From a virus (taxonomy: Duplodnaviria; Caudoviricetes), in the IMG/VR virus record IMGVR_UViG_3300008116_004701, positions 1-58,886 of that record: a stretch of 58,886 nucleotides of DNA; one strand, written 5' to 3'. The stretch's first letter is position 1. Every line of letters begins with the position of its first letter. The position numbers were made by a program, and so were the translations under genes. This document shows positions 1 through 9,827 of the stretch, piece by piece. The notes beneath the pieces were generated by a model. The model was not told the DNA's origin. It was given only the letters and a program-made list of their open reading frames with translations, and did no database searches.

Positions 1-2
1 TA

Positions 3-689
3 ACAGAGATTAACAATCATGCATTCTTTTATGCTGATGTTCCTAAACCTAATCAAACAGATGAACATTTTATTACTTACGATATTGCATGCAATGAAGA
101 CTTTGCGCTCCATGCCAAGTATCACGATTGGCAAAGAATATTTGAATTCTTCCGCACGCATCCTATTGCAAAAGCTACACTTGCGACTAAAATAATACCT
201 ATTGACTTTCTAGAATACAATCCTGAAGGTAAAGTAAGAATTAGATTTAGTCTAATGCCACAAAAGATATCAAGTATATTGGAACCTAATACTAGTTTAA
301 TCATCGATAGAATCAAAGCTATTGATGCATTTATAGAAGCAGGGTACGATGTACATGTTAACTTTAGTCCTGTAGTAGTATATCCTGGTTATTTAGAAGA
401 CTATGCTGAATTGTTTGAAATGTTAGAGCATTATGTAGATTATAAGGATCAAGTAAAAGCTGAAGTAATTTTCTTGACTCATAATAAATCTAAGCATATT
501 TACAATCTTATAAATAATGTACCAGGTGAAGATTTGTTATGGACTCCTAACAACCAAGAGACTAAAAATTCACAGTACGGCGGAGAGAATATTAGATATC
601 AATTAGCTCTTAAAGCTAAATATATCCAAGATTTTAAAACTTTACATGATTCTATAATCCCTTGGAATACAATTCGTTACATTTTTTAA
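3..689 (+). CDS. splB: Spore photoproduct lyase-like radical SAM protein, 5'-truncated
   Basis: The frame is open from base 3, upstream of the ORF-track Met at 255. It reads KPNQTD..ITYDIACNED, RIRFSLMP, LEPNTS..DRI.A, GYDVHVNFSPV and EVIFLTHN, typical of the SplB-like family. The CxxxCxxC motif would lie outside the window. Confidence 0.85.
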   Translation, partial: TEINNHAFFYADVPKPNQTDEHFITYDIACNEDFALHAKYHDWQRIFEFFRTHPIAKATLATKIIPIDFLEYNPEGKVRIRFSLMPQKISSILEPNTSLIIDRIKAIDAFIEAGYDVHVNFSPVVVYPGYLEDYAELFEMLEHYVDYKDQVKAEVIFLTHNKSKHIYNLINNVPGEDLLWTPNNQETKNSQYGGENIRYQLALKAKYIQDFKTLHDSIIPWNTIRYIF

Positions 690-698
690 ACTATCTTT

Positions 699-884
699 AT
701 GCAGAAATTTAAACTAATTTTTATAGGCACAATGTTAGGCATAATAGTAAGCATTTTTGTTGACAAAGCTAATTATAGACCTATTGTAGAAAAATATACT
801 ATTAGTATTACTCAAGATTGGGAAAAAACATGTAACCCACGTGAGCGTGCTTATTACGAACATTTAATTAGAACTAAGCCATGA
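699..884 (+). CDS. Small hypothetical protein with N-terminal TM helix
   Basis: 61 aa, co-oriented, hydrophobic N-terminus. Confidence 0.6.
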   Translation: MQKFKLIFIGTMLGIIVSIFVDKANYRPIVEKYTISITQDWEKTCNPRERAYYEHLIRTKP

Positions 885-979
885 TTAAAGAATTAGAATT
901 CTGGCTTAAATACATCATAGTTATTGTACTAATTGTGTACATACTTAAACAACTATCATGTTATGAGTTTCTCTATTAA
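881..979 (+). CDS. Small membrane peptide, 32 aa (not in ORF track)
   Basis: ATGA overlap with the previous stop; MIKELEFWLKYIIVIVLIVYILKQLSCYEFLY. Confidence 0.5.
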   Translation: MIKELEFWLKYIIVIVLIVYILKQLSCYEFLY

Positions 980-997
980 CTAAACAACAAGAACAAT
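980..997 (+). repeat. 18-bp dispersed repeat CTAAACAACAAGAACAAT, copy 1
   Basis: Identical copy at 16332-16349; both lie at or just upstream of starts of small genes. Confidence 0.8.
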
Positions 998-1017
998 AAA
1001 CCCCTAAATTTCTAAAT

Positions 1018-1212
1018 ATGACAAAGTACAAAGTAGTGCAAGTAGATGAGAATGTATTCGCTATTAAAAAGCGTGTATTATTTTTCTTTTGGTCTTATGT
1101 AACAGTGCCTAACTATCCTCGTATAGTATGGACTTCTAGCTCTTACAGAGGCGCAAAAGCATACCACACTTTATTGGTTAATAAAGTGCAAAACAAAAAG
1201 AAAACTAAATAG
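1018..1212 (+). CDS. Small basic hypothetical protein
   Basis: 64 aa; similar to the ORF at 19134-19301. Confidence 0.65.
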   Translation: MTKYKVVQVDENVFAIKKRVLFFFWSYVTVPNYPRIVWTSSSYRGAKAYHTLLVNKVQNKKKTK

Positions 1213-1325
1213 TCAAGTCTCTTGACAGTTGCATAATTATTGTAAATTATTTATATTTACAGTTAGCTTTTAGTTTTCCCGTACAACAATAATTTACTGA
1301 TTATCAACTTAATAAGTTTTTACTT

Positions 1326-3335
1326 ATGATTTATTTAGTTACTAACCAGCAGAGTATGTTTACCTCTGCTGGTTATTCTTTGGCGACTGTCGAAGACTCA
1401 ATAAAATACCTCAAAACACTAGACATTATCGGTTTCGATACCGAGACTATGGGCTTAGACCCTTACACTAAACCTTTGCTGTCTATGCAGCTAGGTGATG
1501 AGCAAAAACAGTATGTAGTAGACTGCACGACTGTAGATCCCAAAGTGTACAAAGAATTGCTTGAAAGCAAGGTTTTGATCATGCACAATGCAAAGTTTGA
1601 CTTGAGATATCTATTTCACCATGGAATTGTGCCTACTAAAATCTTTGATACTTTTCTTATCGAGAGAATCTTAACTACTGGCATAGATACTGTTAGAAGA
1701 TCGCTTGATGCAGTGGTGTATAGATATTGCAAAATAGAACTTGATAAAACTGTACGTGGCCATATTCATCGTGAAGGCTTGTCTACAAGAGTTATTAAAT
1801 ATGCAGCTGATGACGTTAAATATCTTCACCAAGTGATGAGAAAACAACAAGTAGCATTGCAAGAGAATAACTTGACACGTGCTGCTAGTCTTGACAACGA
1901 GTTTGTTGTGGTACTAGCATACATCGAGTATTGTGGCTTCTATATGAATCCACAAGACTGGGCTAAAAAATGCGAAGAAGACAAGAAAGATCTTGAAGCT
2001 GTTAAGAAGAAGCTAGATGATTTTATCTTGGCTAATCCTGAGCAATATGCTGATTATATAGACAATCAGCTAGATTTATTTGCTGCAGGTGTGTCTACTA
2101 AAATCAATTGGTCATCTTCTAAACAAGTAATAAGCTTTATGCAATCGCTAGGCGTCGAGACTCTTACTAAAGACAAGGAGACAGGCTTGTTTAAACACTC
2201 TGTTGACAAGAAAGTCTTGGGTCCTCAGAAGAAGAAACACCCTATTATTCCTACGTACATTGAGTACACTGAGCATCAAAAAGTTGTGAGTACTTATGGA
2301 GACAACTGGTTTAGTTACATAAACCCTGTCACCAAAAGAATACATAGCAATTTTACTCAGATTATGAATACGGGCAGACTGTCCAGTGGTCAAAAAGCTA
2401 ACAAAAAGACTAACATACCACAGGCACCTAATATGCAAAACATACCAAGTGATTCTAGAACTCGTAGTTGTTTTCAATCTCAAGAAGGTAATGTACTAAT
2501 AGTAAGTGATTATAGTGGTCAGGAGCAGATTGTACTTGCCAATAAAAGCTTAGACAATGACTTGTTGTATTTCTATTCACAAGGCCTTGGTGATATGCAT
2601 AGTTTCGTAGCATCAAAGATTTTTCCTGAATTATCAGGATTGTCGCTAGATGAAATTAAAAACAATCACAAAGACAAGAGACAAATTGCTAAAGGTGCAG
2701 GCTTTGCTATTAATTACGGCGGCACAGGAATTACTATATCTCAAAACTTAAACATCTCTATGGAAGAAGGCGAGAAAGTATATCAAGAATACTTTAAAGC
2801 ATTTCCTGGCTTAGCTAACTATTTTAAGCAAGAGAAACAACGAGCGTTGAGTTTGGGTTATATAGAATTTAATCCTATTAGTCGTCGTAAATGTTTTATT
2901 CCTTTTTGGGAAGATTACAAGAGATTACATGATGAAATCTATAATACTACAGGATTCTGGGATGACTACAAATACCACAAACAAGAAGAAACTGAAGAGT
3001 TTCGACAGTTTTACAAGCCTAAAGTGCGTGAGTATTTTATGAAAAAAGGTGATATTGAACGCATGTCATTGAATTATCCTATTCAAGGCTCTAGTGCCGA
3101 CATTACTAAACTTGCAGGTGTATACTTTTTTAGGTATTTACTTGAAAAAAGTTTAGTATTCAAAGTTTTAATGCCTAATGTAGTACATGACGAGTGGATT
3201 GTAGAATCTCCAAAAGAACTTGCAGAAGAAATAAAAAACAAATTACAAGAATGCATGGAAGATGCAGGTAAAGTATTTTGTAAAGTTGTTAAACTAAAAG
3301 CTGACCCTGTTGTAACAACACACTGGCAGCATTAA
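1326..3335 (+). CDS. polA: DNA polymerase family A (3'-5' exonuclease plus polymerase, no 5'-3' exonuclease)
   Basis: ExoI FDTET, ExoII HNAKFD, ExoIII YAADD, TGRLSS, PNMQNIP, motif A DYSGQE, motif B RQIAKGAGFAINYG (Phe at the 762-equivalent site), motif C VHDE. Confidence 0.97.
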   Translation: MIYLVTNQQSMFTSAGYSLATVEDSIKYLKTLDIIGFDTETMGLDPYTKPLLSMQLGDEQKQYVVDCTTVDPKVYKELLESKVLIMHNAKFDLRYLFHHGIVPTKIFDTFLIERILTTGIDTVRRSLDAVVYRYCKIELDKTVRGHIHREGLSTRVIKYAADDVKYLHQVMRKQQVALQENNLTRAASLDNEFVVVLAYIEYCGFYMNPQDWAKKCEEDKKDLEAVKKKLDDFILANPEQYADYIDNQLDLFAAGVSTKINWSSSKQVISFMQSLGVETLTKDKETGLFKHSVDKKVLGPQKKKHPIIPTYIEYTEHQKVVSTYGDNWFSYINPVTKRIHSNFTQIMNTGRLSSGQKANKKTNIPQAPNMQNIPSDSRTRSCFQSQEGNVLIVSDYSGQEQIVLANKSLDNDLLYFYSQGLGDMHSFVASKIFPELSGLSLDEIKNNHKDKRQIAKGAGFAINYGGTGITISQNLNISMEEGEKVYQEYFKAFPGLANYFKQEKQRALSLGYIEFNPISRRKCFIPFWEDYKRLHDEIYNTTGFWDDYKYHKQEETEEFRQFYKPKVREYFMKKGDIERMSLNYPIQGSSADITKLAGVYFFRYLLEKSLVFKVLMPNVVHDEWIVESPKELAEEIKNKLQECMEDAGKVFCKVVKLKADPVVTTHWQH

Positions 3336-3345
3336 ATCTTACATT

Positions 3346-4491
3346 ATGAGGGAAAAAATACAAACAGCAGCAACTGATGCCATCATTGCTAATAAATTTA
3401 AAGGCATCATTGAAGTAGCGCCTCGTGTAGGTAAAAGCAAAATAGTAATCGATGCTCTCAATACTGTAGAAGCTAACCTGAAAGTACTTATTACTGCACC
3501 TAGAAAAGAAATATTTGAGAGTTGGAAGAAAGAGTTTGAAATTTGGGGTTTAAGAGAAAATATTTCTATTGATTTCTTGTGGAGTAATAGTTTAAAGAAG
3601 AACAAAACCGCATACAATCTAATTATATGTGATGAGGTTCATGCTTACAATCTAAATGTCCTTAGTTTGCTTACACTAGAGCAAGCTAAGGGCACTAGGA
3701 TATTAAGCATTACAGGTACGCTAGATGGAAATACTGAGTATTTGTTAGAGACTATGTTAAAGCAAGAAGTGTTATACACCTACACTGTTGCTGAAGCTAT
3801 CGAAGATCAAATTGTAGCTGACTATGAAATCATATGTGTAGGCTGTAATTTAGATAGCACACTGAGCTATGTACAAGCAGGTAATATTGAGAAACCTTTT
3901 ACTCAAACAGAGTTAGCAGCTTATACTTATTGGAACGATGCATATCAAAAAGCTAAATCTAGACAGCAGTGGAGTTCTTTAAGATTTTTGATGTCTAAGC
4001 GTTTAGATGTAATTTATAATTCTAAGACTAAACTGGAAGCAACTAAGAAAATCTTATCTTTGCAAGACAGAGCAATTTCTTTTTCTGGGCGCCAAGAAAT
4101 AGCCGATCAACTAGGAGATGAATCTTTCCACAGTAAAGCTGATAAAACTGCATTAGATCGCTTTAAAGCAGGCAAAATTAACAAATTGAGCGTAGTTTCT
4201 ATGGTCTCAATGGGTGTTACTATTCCTGATTTAAAAGTAGCAGTATTTAATCAACTTAAAAGTGAAGAAAATCTTGCTATTCAACAAGCTATGAGAGTAA
4301 TGAATATGGAAGGAGGCAAAAAAGCCACTATCTATATTGTGTATTTGAAGGGCACTCAAGATGAAGTATGGATGCTATCTGCACTACAAGGATTTGATCC
4401 TAATAAAATCAAAAAAATAGACTTAAAAGATTTACCAGATGGAAATAGTATTAAACCTAAAAGAGTTAACAAAAAAAAGTCTGTGTCCTGA
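3346..4491 (+). CDS. Superfamily 2 (DExH) helicase
   Basis: Walker A APRVGKS, DEVH, motif III SITGT, helicase C-terminal GVTIPDL; motif VI is divergent (QQAMRVMN). Confidence 0.85.
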   Translation: MREKIQTAATDAIIANKFKGIIEVAPRVGKSKIVIDALNTVEANLKVLITAPRKEIFESWKKEFEIWGLRENISIDFLWSNSLKKNKTAYNLIICDEVHAYNLNVLSLLTLEQAKGTRILSITGTLDGNTEYLLETMLKQEVLYTYTVAEAIEDQIVADYEIICVGCNLDSTLSYVQAGNIEKPFTQTELAAYTYWNDAYQKAKSRQQWSSLRFLMSKRLDVIYNSKTKLEATKKILSLQDRAISFSGRQEIADQLGDESFHSKADKTALDRFKAGKINKLSVVSMVSMGVTIPDLKVAVFNQLKSEENLAIQQAMRVMNMEGGKKATIYIVYLKGTQDEVWMLSALQGFDPNKIKKIDLKDLPDGNSIKPKRVNKKKSVS

Positions 4492-4999
4492 TGAGTATGT
4501 ATTGTTGTATTTGATGTATCACAAAGATTTTGATACGATTCTGACTTTATACGGAGCAAAACATGCTTTAAAACTAAGAGACGGATTAAAAGGTTCTGGA
4601 TATATACTAGACGCTTCAGGAAAGTTTACAGAAACTAAGCTTAGTAACAAACATGTAGAAAAACTCTTGCATATAAGATCTGACAAAGTAAATTTTTGGG
4701 AGTTTTATAACTGCTACCCTGTCAAGGTTGGATCTCGCATTCTTCGTAGTGCGGGACCAACCTCTCAGGTAGCAATAAAACATGAAAAAAAATACTTGAC
4801 TCGTATTAAAACACAAGAGCAACACCAGCATGCAGTTGCATGTATACAAGCTTATGTAGCTAAAGTAATCCAAACAGGTAAACAGCAATATCTGCCTAAT
4901 ATGGAGACTGTAATGAATAATTCATTATGGGAACAGTGGGAAGAATTTATACAACCGTTTGGAGCTGAAGGACAAGACTGGAATTCTCAAGTAATTTAA
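4439..4999 (+). CDS. Hypothetical protein, possible replication initiator/helicase-loader-like
   Basis: FWEFYNCYP resembles the F..FW..YP motif of phage replisome organisers; located just upstream of DnaB. Confidence 0.45.
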   Translation: MEIVLNLKELTKKSLCPDEYVLLYLMYHKDFDTILTLYGAKHALKLRDGLKGSGYILDASGKFTETKLSNKHVEKLLHIRSDKVNFWEFYNCYPVKVGSRILRSAGPTSQVAIKHEKKYLTRIKTQEQHQHAVACIQAYVAKVIQTGKQQYLPNMETVMNNSLWEQWEEFIQPFGAEGQDWNSQVI

Positions 5000-5004
5000 T
5001 AAAC

Positions 5005-5193
5005 ATGAATATAACAATAGACTTAGAAGAAGCAATACTTACATTGGCTAAAGAAAAGGCTCTTTATAATTTTACAGATAACTCATTAAGTTATGAAGAA
5101 GCTTTGCTAACAGACATAGGCCCGCAATTAGTAGAAGCAGTTATAATGTACAGCAGATACTACAGGCGAATATTAACGTCCTTAAAAAAATAA
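5005..5193 (+). CDS. Hypothetical protein
   Basis: 62-aa ORF tightly packed in the operon. Confidence 0.6.
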   Translation: MNITIDLEEAILTLAKEKALYNFTDNSLSYEEALLTDIGPQLVEAVIMYSRYYRRILTSLKK

Positions 5194-5197
5194 TCAA

Positions 5198-6271
5198 ATG
5201 GCTAAAATCAAATATTGGGATAGGCTAAAAGAAAGTATTGAACGTGGTAAACACGGTTTAAATACAGGCATACCTTTCCAAGGCTTTACTACTTTAAGTA
5301 ATCAGATAAAGAATATTCAACAAGGTCGTTATGATTTAATTTTTGCAGGTACTAGTGTCGGTAAAACAGCGTTTGTAAATTCTACTTATGTGTATGGTGC
5401 TATTGAGTTTCTACAAAATAATCCTGGTTATATCCATGATATTGAGATTATTTATTATTCTCTAGAGATTCCACCTGAACATCAAATTGCTAAACATATT
5501 GCTAGTTTGATATGGAGAAATCACGGAGTACTAACATCGGTAGACGAGATACTTTCTAGAGGTAATTTACTTATTCGTCCTGAAGTCGAAGCATTGATAG
5601 ATTTATATCAATCACAGATGGAAGAGATACAGGATAAGTATTTGTATTTTAGAAGTTCGTTGAATCCTGATTTTTTGTACAAAGACTTGATTACTTATGC
5701 TGAAAGTCGTGGGAAAGTAGTAAAGAGTCCTGAAGGTTTGATAGTTGATTATGTGCCTAACAATCCAGGCTTAATTACTCTAGTAGTAATAGACCATATT
5801 GGTCTTATAGGCTATAATAACTACAAAGACCTCAAGGAAGCTATCGACAAAGCATCAAGAACTTTAGTGTTCTTCAGAAACATGTTTAACTTCAGCCCTG
5901 TAGTAATCTCGCAAATTAACCGTAGCTCTGAGCAAATGGATCGTAGAGAAAATGACAGTTGGATGCCTATGTTGAGTGATATCAAAAACACTGGTAACGT
6001 AGCAGAAGACTGCAACACAGCTATTGGCATTGCTAGTCCGTTTTATTACGGCGTAGACAAGTGTTTGGGTTACGACATCACCAAGTACAAAAACCGTTAC
6101 AGGCTTGCCAAAATCTGCAAGAACCGTGACGGCGACGTAAATCTTTTGGCTAGCTTCCTGTTTATAGGCGAGTTTGGCGGTTATTATCAACTACCAAAAG
6201 CTGAAGATATGATGGGTAAGCCAGAAGAACTACGTAAAATCGATGATTATTATCGTTCCTTAAACTTTTAA
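5198..6271 (+). CDS. dnaB: DnaB-like replicative helicase (SF4)
   Basis: Walker A GTSVGKT, YSLE, Walker B VVIDHIG, ISQINR, SDIKNTGNVAED, KNRDG. Confidence 0.92.
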   Translation: MAKIKYWDRLKESIERGKHGLNTGIPFQGFTTLSNQIKNIQQGRYDLIFAGTSVGKTAFVNSTYVYGAIEFLQNNPGYIHDIEIIYYSLEIPPEHQIAKHIASLIWRNHGVLTSVDEILSRGNLLIRPEVEALIDLYQSQMEEIQDKYLYFRSSLNPDFLYKDLITYAESRGKVVKSPEGLIVDYVPNNPGLITLVVIDHIGLIGYNNYKDLKEAIDKASRTLVFFRNMFNFSPVVISQINRSSEQMDRRENDSWMPMLSDIKNTGNVAEDCNTAIGIASPFYYGVDKCLGYDITKYKNRYRLAKICKNRDGDVNLLASFLFIGEFGGYYQLPKAEDMMGKPEELRKIDDYYRSLNF

Positions 6272-6273
6272 CT

Positions 6274-6567
6274 ATGATAGTAGAAAAATATGAGTGGGTT
6301 AAGAAACAACTCACAGATTTCCCTGCGCTAAGAGATAGTAACGAGCGATTGTATTATCGATACTTACTAGCAATGGGTTATGATGTAGACACTAAAACTG
6401 CTAAGGAATTCTTAAAAGATATGGAAGCTAGAAGCATACCGTACTTAGATTCTGTAAGCAGAGCTAGTCGTAAGGTACAAGAAGAACATCCACACTTACG
6501 TGGAGAACTATACAACAAACGCAAAGTAAAACAAGAGCAAGTAAAAGAAGAAATTCAAAGTATGTAA
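6274..6567 (+). CDS. Hypothetical phage protein
   Basis: 97 aa with LRDS..L and SVSRASRKVQE..P.LRG motifs. Confidence 0.7.
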   Translation: MIVEKYEWVKKQLTDFPALRDSNERLYYRYLLAMGYDVDTKTAKEFLKDMEARSIPYLDSVSRASRKVQEEHPHLRGELYNKRKVKQEQVKEEIQSM

Positions 6568-6568
6568 T

Positions 6569-6820
6569 ATGCAACTAACTTTTAAAGACTGGGGTAAGCC
6601 CCATGGAATCGCAGGCAGCATTAAATCAAACGATCCTGAAAAATCAAAAGAAGAAGCAAAAAGAATTCTATTTTATCAAGAAGAACTAACTCCGCAAGGA
6701 GGAAGATTCGAGCTTTTTAGAGAACCACAGCACACAGATGAAGATGTCAATAGAGCCAAAAGTTGGCTAAGACATAACCTTGATGTAGTAAGCATTAAAG
6801 TGGTTAAAGCCCTTGTATAA
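6569..6820 (+). CDS. Hypothetical protein
   Basis: 83 aa, 1-nt gap from the previous gene. Confidence 0.65.
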   Translation: MQLTFKDWGKPHGIAGSIKSNDPEKSKEEAKRILFYQEELTPQGGRFELFREPQHTDEDVNRAKSWLRHNLDVVSIKVVKALV

Positions 6821-6870
6821 TCTAGATTTTTTGCGTATCTTTATTAAGTAATCTAATCAAAAATTTATTT

Positions 6871-7545
6871 ATGGCACAACTAGTGTTCCTGGTAGGAAAA
6901 TCAGGTATGGGAAAGTCGACTTCTCTAAGAAATCTTAATCCCGATGAGACTGTAATCATTAATACAGACCAAAAAGCCTTGCCGTTTAAGAACTTTTCTG
7001 CTAAGTATAGCGAGGAAAAAAGAAACTACCGCAAGACTTCAGACATCAACATTGTTATCAGCACTCTACAAAAGGTAAACACTCTACCTAATGTAAAGAC
7101 TGTAGTAATTGACACATGGTCAAGAATTATGACTGATACGGTAATGTCACAAAGTTTCCGTGCAGAGAAAGGCTTCGACAAATGGTCGAAGATGGCTGCG
7201 GCTCAGTATGATTTAATCAACACTGTGAATGATGTGATGAGAGATGATATCATTGTGTATCTAATTGCTCACCCAGAAACTCACTATGATGATTCAGGAT
7301 TCTCTTCTGAGCGTATTGGTGTACAAGGCAAAATGCTAGAGCGTTTTGTTCCTGAGTCGTTTAGTACTATTGTACTTTACTCAGAGATTGTTAAAACACC
7401 TGGACAACCAAATCGACACGTGTTCCGCACAGTGTCATCAGGTAATGATACCTGTAAAACTCCACTAGAAATGTTCGAAGAAGACCTTATCGACAATGAT
7501 CTAGTAGATGTAAACAATAAAATTCGTGAATATTATTCAATTTAA
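6871..7545 (+). CDS. AAA_24 / Sak4-like P-loop ATPase
   Basis: GKSGMGKSTS, VVIDT, K.LPF, GFDKW, IAH, CKTP..MF. Confidence 0.85.
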   Translation: MAQLVFLVGKSGMGKSTSLRNLNPDETVIINTDQKALPFKNFSAKYSEEKRNYRKTSDINIVISTLQKVNTLPNVKTVVIDTWSRIMTDTVMSQSFRAEKGFDKWSKMAAAQYDLINTVNDVMRDDIIVYLIAHPETHYDDSGFSSERIGVQGKMLERFVPESFSTIVLYSEIVKTPGQPNRHVFRTVSSGNDTCKTPLEMFEEDLIDNDLVDVNNKIREYYSI

Positions 7546-7576
7546 TCCTTAATCCTTAATCCTTAAAACCTTAAAA
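7542..7576 (+). repeat. Short tandem repeat (TTAATCC)x3 plus degenerate TTAAAACC/TTAAAA
   Basis: Read directly; it fills the intergenic gap. Confidence 0.75.
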
Positions 7577-8128
7577 ATGGAGAATTTAATTTGGGACGGC
7601 GTTCCCGCACAACGCACAAGAAAATCAGAGAAGTATGATTTCGCAGTAGTAACTATGTCAGCAATCGATAAGCCAGGTGCTGGTCGTAAGTTTACTTTTA
7701 ACAAAGCAGCACAAAGTGTATTAGGAATCAACGGAGAAGACCGTGTTTCTTTTGGCTTTAGTACTGATCGTACAATTATTGCTGTTCGTAAAGCAGCAGG
7801 TGATGCAGGTTTGAAACTTACTAAAACTTGTACTCTTAGCGACAAGCGTACTTATGACTTCATCGCTAAAATCTTGGATCTTGACATTACTCAAGAAACT
7901 GATTTAGAGATTGTAGCAGCTAATGGTTTGCTTACTTTAAATCGCATTACAGCAACTGAAGCAGCTGCTCCTTACCAAGAAGAAGAGTATATCTCTGCTC
8001 CTGCAGTAGAACCAGTAGTAGAAGAAGCTGAAGAAAGCTTTGAGCTTGCAGGTGAAGTAGAAGAAGAAGAAGAGGTATTTGAAGTACCTGCTACTGAGTC
8101 TGAAGAATCAACTGAAGACGTTTGGTAA
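7577..8128 (+). CDS. Hypothetical protein with long acidic C-terminal tail
   Basis: Beta-rich N-terminal domain then an E-rich tail ending EDVW. Confidence 0.8.
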   Translation: MENLIWDGVPAQRTRKSEKYDFAVVTMSAIDKPGAGRKFTFNKAAQSVLGINGEDRVSFGFSTDRTIIAVRKAAGDAGLKLTKTCTLSDKRTYDFIAKILDLDITQETDLEIVAANGLLTLNRITATEAAAPYQEEEYISAPAVEPVVEEAEESFELAGEVEEEEEVFEVPATESEESTEDVW

Positions 8129-8177
8129 TTCACAACTAACTAATTTTTAATTTTTTTACCCTTAATTTTTAACAACA

Positions 8178-8771
8178 ATGATTAATTTAAATGACACGTC
8201 GTTTGACGCAAAAGAAGGTTCAGTAATTTTTAACAACGGTAACGCAGGTGTAGCAGAGAATGTTACTATGTCCGTAGTAAAACGTAAGCCAGAAGACAAA
8301 GAAAACTCTCCTGAGTATAAACTTGTGTTTACTGACGAAAACGGCGGTGCTTGTAATTCTTCTTTTTGGTATGTAGAGAAAGCAACTGCATATGCTAGTG
8401 TAGAAGATCAAATCAAGAAACAAGGTACTGTGTTGAAACACGTTATTCACTCTATCTACGGTGGTAACTATCAGCTTCCTTCTTTCAACTCTGCTAAAGA
8501 GATGTTAGATGGCTGTATGAAAATTATCCGTGATGGTCTTGCTAGCGCAGGTAAATTCCGTGTGTTTGCTAACTATGGTTCTACACAGTCTGTAAAGAAT
8601 TATATCCAACCGCGTTCTTGGGTTCCATTTGTAGAGAACATGAGTGTTCCTGCAGCTGAGACTCGTTTGAAAGCTGGTAACATCGATGCAATGCAGCGTA
8701 TTGAGCGTGACAGCGTAACTGTTAACTCTACACCGTCTGCGGATTCTATTATCGACAACGATAATTGGTAA
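8178..8771 (+). CDS. Putative single-stranded DNA-binding protein
   Basis: Lies between the AAA_24 ATPase and primase; acidic tail ending in an aromatic residue (DNDNW); followed by a terminator. Confidence 0.55.
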   Translation: MINLNDTSFDAKEGSVIFNNGNAGVAENVTMSVVKRKPEDKENSPEYKLVFTDENGGACNSSFWYVEKATAYASVEDQIKKQGTVLKHVIHSIYGGNYQLPSFNSAKEMLDGCMKIIRDGLASAGKFRVFANYGSTQSVKNYIQPRSWVPFVENMSVPAAETRLKAGNIDAMQRIERDSVTVNSTPSADSIIDNDNW

Positions 8772-8788
8772 AAATCCCTTAATTTTAC

Positions 8789-8826
8789 AGAGCGGGCTCA
8801 ACAACGGGCCCGCTCTTTTATTTATT
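8789..8826 (+). terminator. Intrinsic terminator
   Basis: AGAGCGGGCTC-loop-GGGCCCGCTCT followed by TTTATTTATT. Confidence 0.8.
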
Positions 8827-9825
8827 ATGGGCGAGATCAATCTAAATTCTATTGCATTTAACAATCTGATTACCAGGGAAGATTTGTTTAGTCTTGTACC
8901 ACAAGAAAGTATCTACAGTTTCTATTTAAATGAAGATATTAGCTCTTTAGGAGTGTATCATAGTCCTCTTCGTGAGGATAATATACCGTCTTTTGCACTG
9001 TATTTTCATAAAATTAATAGAGATATCTTAATGTTTAAAGATTTTGCTACTAATGACACAGGTGATGTGGTTGTATTAGTAATGAAAATGTTTGGCTTAG
9101 GATATAAAGATGCTATTCACAAGATAGCATTTGATATGAAGCTTAGTACTTTTAATGTAGATTCGACAAAGCAAGTATTCTCAGGCATTACTAGATTAGT
9201 AGAAAAAACAAGAGTAGACTTAGGGATTAAAACTAGACCCTGGATGGTTAAAGATCGTGATTATTGGTCCCAATTTGGGATACATAAAGTTACTCTTGAG
9301 AAATTTAATGTGTTTCCTATTAGTCATATTTTCTACAACGACACTGCTGTAAAAGCAAGTGATTTAGCATATGCTTATGTAGAGACTAAAGATGGCAGAA
9401 CAAGTTATAAAATTTATCAGCCTTTAGAAACTAAGATTAAGAAATGGATTAACAATGCTGACTACAGCGTTCATCAAGGTTACACACAACTTGCTAAACA
9501 TGGCGAGTTACTTGTTATTACTAAATCTCTTAAAGATGTAATGAGTATTCACGATTGTATAGGTGTATCTGCGATAGGTCTACAATCTGAATCTGTTACA
9601 ATGAAAGACTCGGTGATGGACGAGTATAAATCTAGGTTTGAAAAAGTAGTATGTATTTTTGATAATGATGCTGCAGGTGTAAAACTTTCAGAAAGTTTTA
9701 CTGAAAAGTATCATATACCGCACTATTTTATGCCAAAGATTAACGGCGTCAAAGATTTTAGTGATCTAGTAAAAGCCAAAGGAAAGGATTTCGCAATAGA
9801 ATATTTCAACAACTTAAAAATTTAG
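8827..9825 (+). CDS. dnaG: DnaG-like primase (TOPRIM), crAss-type
   Basis: SPLRED..PSF and FKDF (degenerate Zn-binding domain), ITKSLKDVM, FDNDAAG, KDFSD. Confidence 0.85.
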   Translation: MGEINLNSIAFNNLITREDLFSLVPQESIYSFYLNEDISSLGVYHSPLREDNIPSFALYFHKINRDILMFKDFATNDTGDVVVLVMKMFGLGYKDAIHKIAFDMKLSTFNVDSTKQVFSGITRLVEKTRVDLGIKTRPWMVKDRDYWSQFGIHKVTLEKFNVFPISHIFYNDTAVKASDLAYAYVETKDGRTSYKIYQPLETKIKKWINNADYSVHQGYTQLAKHGELLVITKSLKDVMSIHDCIGVSAIGLQSESVTMKDSVMDEYKSRFEKVVCIFDNDAAGVKLSESFTEKYHIPHYFMPKINGVKDFSDLVKAKGKDFAIEYFNNLKI

Positions 9826-9827
9826 CT

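Noticed and set aside
2880-3060. Insertion between PolA motifs B and C as an intein
   Set aside because: Short helical insert of about 50 aa without splicing residues.
6000-6180. Locally higher GC and C-ending codons in dnaB as a recombined patch
   Set aside because: Too short to distinguish from noise without computation.
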